Source: an uncultured Acidobacteriota bacterium (GTDB lineage: Bacteria > Acidobacteriota > Blastocatellia > RBC074). From it: a stretch of DNA of 64,000 nt. Positions 56,342-64,000 of the stretch are shown here, one piece after another. The position numbers and the translations under genes are program-made. The stretch's first letter is position 1. Each line of letters begins with the position of its first letter. The stretch covers positions 160,001-224,000 of the forward strand of contig CAWCKY010000006.1 of assembly GCA_963796275.1 (NCBI GenBank), read 5' to 3'. The notes under the pieces were generated by a model. The model was given only the letters and a program-made list of their open reading frames with translations, made no database searches and was not told where the DNA came from.

Positions 56342-57621
56342 ATAGAGGGCACAGGATGAGCGCCGCACAAGAAAACCGCCAAAGCTCCGTTTCGTTTTAT
56401 CTGGACGCAGTGGGGATGGCTTTGCAGGAGATATTGGCCCATAAACTGCGCGCCTTTTTGACTTTGATCGGGATCATCATCGGGGTGTCCTCAGTAGTGC
56501 TGGTGGGCGCCGCCATCAGCGGGCTGAACGCTTATATCTCGAAGCGGATTTCGGAACTGTTCGGGCCCAACCACTTCATGATTGCCCGGATCGCTTACGC
56601 GGGAAAGATAAGCCAGGAACGGTTGGAAGAGATGTCCCGTCGGAACAAGCAGATCGAGTGGGATGATTACGAGTGGCTGAAACGTCATTGCGCGTCGTGC
56701 GCCGAGGTTGGGGCGGCGGCCCGGCTTCGGGTTGATCTAGATCACGAGGGGCGGGAACTGACCGGCGCGTGGATCGTCGGCGTGACCGACAATATGAAGG
56801 ATATCGAGAACAAGACGATCGTTGACGGGCGTTTCATCGTCCCTCACGAAGTCGAACACGCCTCTCTCGTGTGTGTCATCGGAATGGACTTGCGTGAGAA
56901 GTTCTTCCCCGACCGCGATCCTCTCGGCCATACGATCAAGGTCAGCGGCTTGCCGCTGCGGATCGTGGGCGTGGAGAAGAGACGCGGGGCGTTTCTGGGC
57001 GATTCGATGGATAACCAGGCCTACATCCCGCTGACGACTTTCGGACGCTTGTTCGGCCGGCGGCTGAATTTGGAGCTGCATGGTCGCGCTGCGAATCGCG
57101 AAGAGCTCGACACGACGATAGAAGAGGCGCGTATGAGTATGCGTAACCGGCGCCAACTGGCGCCCGGTGAGGAGGACAATTTCGCCATTGCCAACGTGGA
57201 AGAACTCAGCACTCAAGTTGATCAGTTCACCAGAATCATCACCCTGGTGGTGACGCCTCTCACGCTCATCTCGCTCCTCGTGGGCGGGATCGTAATTATG
57301 AACATCATGCTGGTCAGCGTCACCGAGAGAACTTTCGAGATCGGACTGCGCAAGTCCATGGGCGCGCGGCGCAAACATATCCTGCTGCAATTTTTGATCG
57401 AATCGGCGCTGCTGGCTTTCTTGGGCGGAGTGTTGGGGTTGTCCCTCGCGGCCGCCGTCGCATGGATGATGAACGTGGCGACCACCGTGCCGATGAAGAT
57501 CACGCCTTTTTACATTATTCTGTCGCTTTTGGTTTCGGGAGGCATTGGATTGATCTTCGGCGTCTACCCCGCCTACAAGGCGGCGCGGCTTGATCCGATA
57601 GTGGCGTTGAACAAGGAATAA
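56338..57621 (+). CDS. ABC transporter permease, MacB/FtsX family
   Basis: KLRAFLTLIGIIIGV and SLLVGGIVIMNIMLVSVTERTFEIGLRKSMGA, AARLDPIVAL motifs; ATGA overlap with the NRPS7 stop suggests translational coupling. Confidence 0.93.
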   Translation: MNRGHRMSAAQENRQSSVSFYLDAVGMALQEILAHKLRAFLTLIGIIIGVSSVVLVGAAISGLNAYISKRISELFGPNHFMIARIAYAGKISQERLEEMSRRNKQIEWDDYEWLKRHCASCAEVGAAARLRVDLDHEGRELTGAWIVGVTDNMKDIENKTIVDGRFIVPHEVEHASLVCVIGMDLREKFFPDRDPLGHTIKVSGLPLRIVGVEKRRGAFLGDSMDNQAYIPLTTFGRLFGRRLNLELHGRAANREELDTTIEEARMSMRNRRQLAPGEEDNFAIANVEELSTQVDQFTRIITLVVTPLTLISLLVGGIVIMNIMLVSVTERTFEIGLRKSMGARRKHILLQFLIESALLAFLGGVLGLSLAAAVAWMMNVATTVPMKITPFYIILSLLVSGGIGLIFGVYPAYKAARLDPIVALNKE

Positions 57622-57707
57622 AGTTGTTTAAGCAGTGAGGCGAAAGCTGCGCGGTAAAACCGTTACACCTTTGAAAATTTTGCCTGCGCACTTAAGAGGG
57701 GAAGAGC

Positions 57708-58961
57708 ATGAAGTCCTATAAATTTAGGTTAGGCGAAGCGGTCGTGATCGCGCTGGGCAGCGTGCGGGTGCACAAGTTCCGCAGCTTTCTGACCATTCTC
57801 GGGATCGTTATCGGAGTGATGACCGTGATCGTAGTCGCCTCGCTGCTCACCGGCATGCGCAAAAGCTTGGTGGGCCTGATAGAACAGTATGGCGCCAGCA
57901 ACATCTACGCATTCCACTATTCGACTGGGCCCAGTATCAGATCAAGGGATCGCAGCGAGATCAGACGAAAACCGCTGCGGCCGGAAGATGGCGAGGCGAT
58001 CCTCGCGCGGGCGGACGCGGTCGAGGATGTCGCTAACATCGGTTACGTCTCGCGAATAGATCGCACCCTAGGTTATCAGGGAGCGACTTACAAACGGGCG
58101 TACCTGCAGGGCGTCACGCCCAGTTATGCGCGAGTTGCCGGTCTGAATTTGCGGGAGGGGCGCTTCATAAATGAGCTTGATGACGTACACAGGCGCGACG
58201 TCATTGTCGTCGGCGTCAACGTGGTCGAAGCCCTCTTCCCGCATCTGAGCCGGATCGTCGGGCAGCGGATAGTTTTGAGCGGCAAGATATTTGAAGTTAT
58301 CGGCGTGCTGGAGCAGAGAAAGAGCGGCTTCTTCATCGAGAACGAGGAGGACAACGTCGCGTTCATCCCTTATCAGACAGCGCGTAAGTTGTCGCCTGAA
58401 GACGAGTCGTTGATGCTGATGATCCGCGCCAGGGCTGGAGAACTGAGGCAGGCGTTGAATCAGACCGAAGAGATTCTGCGCCGCCAGCGGGGAATCGGAT
58501 TCGACGAGCCGAACAATTTCGATCTGAAAACGGCGGACAGGTTCGCGGAGCAGTTCGACAACATCACGGGAACCGTGGGTCTGGTGGCTATCGCGATCTC
58601 CGGCATCTCGCTGCTGGTCGGCGGGATCGGGGTTATGAACATTATGCTAGTAACCGTGACGGAGCGCACGCGAGAGATCGGCATCCGCAAGGCTGTCGGA
58701 GCGCGCCGTCGTGACATCGCGGGGCAATTTCTGTTCGAAGCCATGACGTTGACTTCTCTGGGCGGAATACTGGGAGTCGCGCTCGCCTTGGCGATCAGCT
58801 CCGCCGCCAGACTTTTCCTCCCTGAGCTTCCGGCCTCGATACCTCTGTGGGCGGTCGGCGCCGGAGTAGCGGTCGCGACCGTTACGGGCCTCGTCTTCGG
58901 CGTCTGGCCGGCGAGGAAGGCTGCCCGTCTGGAACCGACTGAATGCCTGAGTTACGAATAA
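57708..58961 (+). CDS. ABC transporter permease, MacB/FtsX family
   Basis: [15 protein letters not shown] and [39 protein letters not shown] motifs. Confidence 0.93.
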   Translation: MKSYKFRLGEAVVIALGSVRVHKFRSFLTILGIVIGVMTVIVVASLLTGMRKSLVGLIEQYGASNIYAFHYSTGPSIRSRDRSEIRRKPLRPEDGEAILARADAVEDVANIGYVSRIDRTLGYQGATYKRAYLQGVTPSYARVAGLNLREGRFINELDDVHRRDVIVVGVNVVEALFPHLSRIVGQRIVLSGKIFEVIGVLEQRKSGFFIENEEDNVAFIPYQTARKLSPEDESLMLMIRARAGELRQALNQTEEILRRQRGIGFDEPNNFDLKTADRFAEQFDNITGTVGLVAIAISGISLLVGGIGVMNIMLVTVTERTREIGIRKAVGARRRDIAGQFLFEAMTLTSLGGILGVALALAISSAARLFLPELPASIPLWAVGAGVAVATVTGLVFGVWPARKAARLEPTECLSYE

Positions 58962-59010
58962 GTACCACATCAAGTAAGACTAAGTTATTCGATGTTTAGA
59001 TGGCGATTCG

Positions 59011-59080
59011 ATCAGTACCGCGAGCGGTAGCGAGCGGGTTGATTGCGAAAGATCCGCTCGCTACCGCTCGCGGTACTGAT
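59011..59080. repeat. Perfect 27-bp inverted repeat (REP-like hairpin, simple form of element A outer arms)
   Basis: ATCAGTACCGCGAGCGGTAGCGAGCGG (59011..59037) is the exact reverse complement of 59054..59080, with a 16-nt loop. Confidence 0.92.
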
Positions 59081-59136
59081 TCGCCGTTCATCAACTAAGC
59101 GTGTAGGCAAAAATTCTGAGGTGTGATCAAAATCAT

Positions 59137-62100
59137 ATGGATATTTCGGATCAGATTTCGGATCAGGATGTTTATGTCTTCCCAGCCTCTTTCGCACAGC
59201 GAAGGATGTGGTTCCTGGATCAATTCCAGCCCGGAAGCCCTTTCTACAATGTTCCAATGGCGGTTCGCATTAAAGGCGCGTTGCGCGTAGCTGCGCTGGA
59301 ACAGGTGATTAAGGAGATCGTCCGGCGGCACGAGTCCTTGCGCACCACTTTCGCCGTCATGGACGGCGAGCCGGTTCAGGTGATCCATAAAGACGGGCCG
59401 GCGATGGACATCGTCCTGGACCGAGTGGATATTCATCGTTTGCCGGCACCTGAGCGAGAGGCTGAAATCCATCGCCGGGTAATGGCGGAAGCTCAACTGC
59501 CTTTTAACCTCTCTGAAGGGCCTTTGTTGCGGGCGACGTTACTGAAACTGGGAGAGCGAGACCACGCGTTCCTGCTGACAATGCACCACATCGTCTCTGA
59601 CGCCTGGTCGCAGGGAGTCTTTATCCGGGAGATGGCGATTCTCTACGACGTGTTCTCCAAAGAGAAGCCATTGCCACTTCCCGATCTGCCTCTTCAATAC
59701 GCCGACTTCACGGAATGGCAGCGGGATTGGTTGCGGGGCGAGGTGATGGAGGCGCAGCTCAATTACTGGCGCGGGCGGTTGGGCGACAATCCTCCGCCGC
59801 TGATGCTTCCCACCGATTATCCTAGGCCGTCGGTGAATACCGCGCGCGGCGCCAAACTATCCCGCTCACTCTCGAAACCTCTGGCGAATACGCTGCAAAA
59901 GCTAAGCCGGCGCGAGGGCGCCACCCTGTTTATGACCTTGCTGGCTGCCTTCCAGGTTCTGCTGCATCGCTACACGGGCCAGGACGACATCAGCATAGGG
60001 ACGCCGGTCGCCAACCGCAACCGGGCCGAGATCGAAGGCCTGATCGGCTGTTTCATCAACACATTGGTTATGCGAACCAATCTCTCGGGCGATCCGAGCT
60101 TCCGCGAACTGTTGTGGCGCGCGCGTGAAGTGGCTCTAGGCGCTTACGCCCATCAGGACCTGCCTTTTGAAAAACTGGTTGAAGATCTCAAGCCCGAGCG
60201 GAATATGAGCCGCCAATCGTTCTTCCAAGTCATGCTAATTCTGCAGAACGTGCCCAGAAAGGTTGAAATCGGCGAGCATGGGCTGACGCTGAGCGTCTTG
60301 AAGATAGATAAGGGAACCTCGAACTTCGATCTGACCTTGACAATGGTGGAAGACTTCAAGGGGTTGATCGCGACGGCGGAATACAACACCGATCTTTTCG
60401 AAGCCGCGACCATCGAACGCCTGCTCCGACATTTTCAGACTTTGCTGGAAGGCGTTGTCGCCGACCCGGACCGGCGTATTTCAGATTTGCCCCTCCTGAA
60501 TGAGTCGGAGCAACGCCTGCTCTTGACCGCGTGGAATGATACAAGGGCGGCGTATCCGCGCAACAAATGCGTGCATGAGTTGTTCGAGGCGCAGGTGGAG
60601 CGAAGCTCCGACGCGATTGCGCTGGTGGTCGAGGAGGAGCAGCTTACCTACCGGGAGTTGAACCGCCGGGCCAATCAACTCGCCGCCTACCTCGGAAAGC
60701 TCGGGGTCGGGCCGGAAACGCCGGTGGGCTTTTGCCTGGAGCGTTCCCCGGAGATGGTCGTCGGTATCCTCGGCATCTTGAAGGCCGGTGGAACCTACGT
60801 GCCGTTAGACCCGGCGTATCCCAAAGAGCGCCTGGCCTTCATGCTGGAAGATACTCGGACGCCAGTGATCCTGACTCAGCAAAGGTTGATCGAGCACCTG
60901 CCGGAGCATCAGGCCAGTGTCGTTCGAATAGACGCAGACTGGGAATTGATGACAGAGGAGAGCGAGGCGAATCGGGCGAGCGGGGCGACAGCCGGTCATC
61001 TGGCCTACATCATGTACACTTCAGGCTCGACCGGCAGGCCGAAAGGGATCGCCATCCAGCACCGGGCCATCAACCGGCTGGTCTTCAATACCAACTACAT
61101 CGAGATAACGCCCGAGGACCGGATGCTGCTGGCGTCGAACTCGGCCTTCGACGCGGCGACCTTCGAGTTGTGGGGCGCGCTGCTGCACGGAGCGCGGCTA
61201 GTGGGGGTCAGCAGAGAGGCGGTCATATCGCCTCGGGAGCTCGCCGCCTCCATCCGGGATCACGGAATAAGCGCGATGTGGCTGACGGCGGCCCTCTTCA
61301 ATCAAATGACGCGCGAAGTCCCCAAGGCTTTCGGCGCCGTGAAACACCTGCTCATTGGGGGCGAGGCGCTTGATCCCCACCGGGTGCGAGAGGCGCTCAA
61401 GAATGACCCGCCCGCTCGGTTGGTGAACGGGTATGGGCCGACGGAGGGCACGACCTTCACTACCTGGTACCTGGCGCAAGAGGCGGCGGAAGGAGCGAGC
61501 TCCATTCCCATAGGTCGACCTATCTCTAACACGCAAACATATTTGTTGGATCGTAACCAACAGCCCACGCCCATAGGGATTGCGGGCGAGTTATACATCG
61601 GTGGGGATGGACTGGCGCGCGGTTATTTCAATAGGCCGGAGCTGACGGCGGAGAAGTTCGTCCCGAATCCATATAGCGAGCGGCCGGGCGCGCGGCTCTA
61701 CCGGACGGGAGACCTGGTCCGTTACCTGCCGGATGGCGCGATTGAGTTCCTGGGGCGGCTCGATCATCAGGTGAAGCTCCGCGGTTTCCGCATAGAGTTG
61801 GGCGAGATCGAGACCACGCTACAACAGCATCCGGCGATTCAGGAAGCAGTAATTCTGGCCAGGGAGGATGAGCCTGGTAATAAGCGCTTAGTAGCTTATC
61901 TAGTAAGCGTAGGGGATGCGGCGCCCACCATTGAGGAGTTGCACAGTTTTCTGCGGCAGAAACTGCCCTGGTATATGGCGCCGAGTGCTTATGTCTGGCT
62001 GGAGTCCCTGCCGGTGACTCCGAATGGGAAGATTGACCGGCGCGCCCTGCCCGCACCGGATAAGACGCGGCCGCAGTTGGAAGCAGCCTTCGTCGCGCCT

Positions 62101-62391
62101 CGCACCCCAACGGAAGAACAGTTGGCCGCAATCTACGCAGAGGTTCTGGGTCTTGAGCGAGTGGGCATCAGCGACCATTTCTTCGATCTTGGCGGTCACT
62201 CGCTGCTTGCCACGCAGGTGATTTCCCGCGTTCGTCAGTCTTTCGAGATAGAACTCCCTTTGCGCTCCCTCTTTGAAACTCCCACGGTAGCCGGACTTGC
62301 CGAAAACATTGAATCAATCCTGTGGGCGGCGCATCGCTCACAGTCCACCCTCGACTCCGCGGCAGATGACCGGGAAGAGGGAGAAATCTAA
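59137..62391 (+). CDS. NRPS8: C - A(Val) - T
   Basis: 1084-aa ORF; HHIVSDAWS; code DAFWLGGTFK (Val-type); GGHSL; acidic C-terminal motif DDREEGEI. Confidence 0.92.
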   Translation: MDISDQISDQDVYVFPASFAQRRMWFLDQFQPGSPFYNVPMAVRIKGALRVAALEQVIKEIVRRHESLRTTFAVMDGEPVQVIHKDGPAMDIVLDRVDIHRLPAPEREAEIHRRVMAEAQLPFNLSEGPLLRATLLKLGERDHAFLLTMHHIVSDAWSQGVFIREMAILYDVFSKEKPLPLPDLPLQYADFTEWQRDWLRGEVMEAQLNYWRGRLGDNPPPLMLPTDYPRPSVNTARGAKLSRSLSKPLANTLQKLSRREGATLFMTLLAAFQVLLHRYTGQDDISIGTPVANRNRAEIEGLIGCFINTLVMRTNLSGDPSFRELLWRAREVALGAYAHQDLPFEKLVEDLKPERNMSRQSFFQVMLILQNVPRKVEIGEHGLTLSVLKIDKGTSNFDLTLTMVEDFKGLIATAEYNTDLFEAATIERLLRHFQTLLEGVVADPDRRISDLPLLNESEQRLLLTAWNDTRAAYPRNKCVHELFEAQVERSSDAIALVVEEEQLTYRELNRRANQLAAYLGKLGVGPETPVGFCLERSPEMVVGILGILKAGGTYVPLDPAYPKERLAFMLEDTRTPVILTQQRLIEHLPEHQASVVRIDADWELMTEESEANRASGATAGHLAYIMYTSGSTGRPKGIAIQHRAINRLVFNTNYIEITPEDRMLLASNSAFDAATFELWGALLHGARLVGVSREAVISPRELAASIRDHGISAMWLTAALFNQMTREVPKAFGAVKHLLIGGEALDPHRVREALKNDPPARLVNGYGPTEGTTFTTWYLAQEAAEGASSIPIGRPISNTQTYLLDRNQQPTPIGIAGELYIGGDGLARGYFNRPELTAEKFVPNPYSERPGARLYRTGDLVRYLPDGAIEFLGRLDHQVKLRGFRIELGEIETTLQQHPAIQEAVILAREDEPGNKRLVAYLVSVGDAAPTIEELHSFLRQKLPWYMAPSAYVWLESLPVTPNGKIDRRALPAPDKTRPQLEAAFVAPRTPTEEQLAAIYAEVLGLERVGISDHFFDLGGHSLLATQVISRVRQSFEIELPLRSLFETPTVAGLAENIESILWAAHRSQSTLDSAADDREEGEI

Positions 62392-62407
62392 TAAGTTCAG
62401 AGTAGAT

Positions 62408-64000
62408 ATGAAAACCATTGAGCTTCTGTCCCGCCTTCGCGGTCTCGACGTTAAACTTTGGACCGAGGCTGAACGACTGCGCTATAGCGCGCCTGACGGC
62501 GTGATAACACCGGCCCTGCGCGCGGAGATGGCTGAACGCAAGACGGATATTCTTGCATTTCTGCGCCGGGCGGAAGCGGCAGTGAAGCCCGCCGCTCCCG
62601 CCATCCTGCCGGTCTCACGCAATGGCGAGGCGCCGTTATCTTTCGCTCAGCAGCGGTTGTGGGTTCAAGAACAACTGTCACCAGGCAGCGCTCTCTACAA
62701 CATCTCCCAGGCAATTCAAGTGAATGGTGGGCTCAATGTAACCGCGCTCGAGCTAACTTTGAACGAGATCGTGCGGCGACACGAAATTTTGCGCACGACT
62801 TTCGCGGCGCCCGATTTCCAGGTGAGCGGAAATCCCGTTCAAGTTATCGTTCCAACGCTTCGTCTGGCGCTGCCGATAGTAGACCTCCAGGAATTCCGGG
62901 AGACGGAACGAGAGGCGGAAACCTGGCGTCTGGCCGCGAGTGAGGCCGGTCGGCCTTTCGATCTTTCCCGAGGGCCGCTCCTGCGCGCCGTCTTGTTGCG
63001 GCTGGGTCGGAAGCGCCACGTGGTTCTCTTCACCCTGCACCACATCATCAGCGACGGCTGGTCAATGGGCGTGCTGGCGCGAGAAATGGGAACGCTTTAC
63101 GAATCCTTCGCCGACGGCCGCCCTTCGCCATTGCCGGAGTTGCCTATCCAGTATGCGGACTTTGCGTACTGGCAGAGGCAATGGCTACAGGGAGAGACGC
63201 TCGCGGCTCAGCTCTCTTACTGGAGGCGGCATCTGGGGGGCGCCCCTGCCTCCCTGGAATTGCCTACGGATCGTCCGCGACCGGCGGTTCAAACCTTTCG
63301 GGGGGCGCATCAACCACTGGCGCTGTCCGCTACTTTATCCGGCTCGCTCAAGGAGCTAAGTCGCCGGGAAGGCGTGACGTTATTCATGACATTATTGGCA
63401 GCGTTCAATACGCTGCTCTATCGTTGCACGGGCCAGGAGGACATCGTTGTCAGCACGCCCACTGCAGGTCGCGCCAATGTCGAACTCGAAGGGTTGATTG
63501 GTTTCTTTATCAACAAGCTGATGCTGCGCGCCGATCTTTCGGGCGATCCGAGTTTCAGTGAATTGCTGGGTCGGGTGCGCGAGATGGTCTTGGGAGCATT
63601 CGCCAACCAGGACGTCCCATTCGAAAAACTGGTGGACGAACTACAGCCGGAGCGGGACCAAAGCCGCACGCCCTGGACTCAGACGGCATTCGTTTTACAG
63701 AGCGCCTCGACCGCATCGCTTGCGGCTCCGGGCCTGATCTTCAGCCCGCTAAAAATCGAAAGCGCGACGGCCAAGACGGATTTGATCCTATCTCTGTCGG
63801 AGCGCCCAGCCGGACTCCAAGGCTCGTTCGAGTTCAACACGGATATTTTCGAGGCTTCGACCATCGCTCGGATGGCCGGCCATTTCCAAACAATGTTGGA
63901 GAGCATCGTCGCTGACCCGGAGCAACGCATCTCGATGCTCGCTCCCTCGCCTGGGATGCTGTTATCTTCGGTCAAACCGTCCCGCATGGATGAACTCGAT
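62408..64000 (+). CDS. NRPS9 (runs off window): TubC_N-type beta-hairpin docking domain - C
   Basis: Not in the ORF track because no stop is reached. Manual translation from ATG 62408 gives MKTIELLSRLRGLDVKLWTEAERLRYSAPDGVITPALRAEMAERKTDILAFL, then PLSFAQQRLW, RHEILRTTF and HHIISDGWS. Confidence 0.88.
   Translation, partial: MKTIELLSRLRGLDVKLWTEAERLRYSAPDGVITPALRAEMAERKTDILAFLRRAEAAVKPAAPAILPVSRNGEAPLSFAQQRLWVQEQLSPGSALYNISQAIQVNGGLNVTALELTLNEIVRRHEILRTTFAAPDFQVSGNPVQVIVPTLRLALPIVDLQEFRETEREAETWRLAASEAGRPFDLSRGPLLRAVLLRLGRKRHVVLFTLHHIISDGWSMGVLAREMGTLYESFADGRPSPLPELPIQYADFAYWQRQWLQGETLAAQLSYWRRHLGGAPASLELPTDRPRPAVQTFRGAHQPLALSATLSGSLKELSRREGVTLFMTLLAAFNTLLYRCTGQEDIVVSTPTAGRANVELEGLIGFFINKLMLRADLSGDPSFSELLGRVREMVLGAFANQDVPFEKLVDELQPERDQSRTPWTQTAFVLQSASTASLAAPGLIFSPLKIESATAKTDLILSLSERPAGLQGSFEFNTDIFEASTIARMAGHFQTMLESIVADPEQRISMLAPSPGMLLSSVKPSRMDELD

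Noticed and set aside
59143-59166. 12-bp tandem duplication ATTTCGGATCAG x2 at the NRPS8 N-terminus
   Set aside because: In-frame four-residue repeat in a probably unstructured leader; no evident significance.

Overview
The window is the interior of one very large, all plus-strand non-ribosomal peptide synthetase (NRPS) cluster, open at both ends; no thioesterase, MbtH-like protein, PPTase or ABC ATPase is visible. After repairing six single-base insertions that all sit at or next to GATC (probably methylation-linked sequencing errors), there are nine NRPS proteins with 12 adenylation (A) domains. Reading specificity residues by eye gives ...Asp-Asp-D-Thr-Ile-Gly-Phe-Ile-D-Asp-X-Y-Z-Val..., where X, Y and Z have codes I do not recognise. 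Four proteins start with a catalytically degenerate 'interface'-type C domain (LPxLCAD instead of HHxxxDG). The three whose upstream partner is in the window each follow a protein ending in a bare C or C-TauD, and there is one stand-alone and one fused TauD/SyrP-type beta-hydroxylase. Tailoring genes include SbnA/SbnB-like diaminopropionate synthesis, an atypical OTCase-fold carbamoyltransferase and a degenerate NodU/CmcH carbamoyltransferase. An AT-richer two-gene cassette encodes an HTTM/vitamin-K-carboxylase-like membrane protein plus a partner, the best candidate for an undescribed tailoring system. A secreted Ig/cohesin protein and two MacB-like permeases are also embedded. The DNA records recent module duplication, A-subdomain swapping, in-frame palindromic heptamer-repeat insertions at one A-domain loop, and nested REP/MITE-like elements. 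Substrate calls and functions are predictions made without running any tool.
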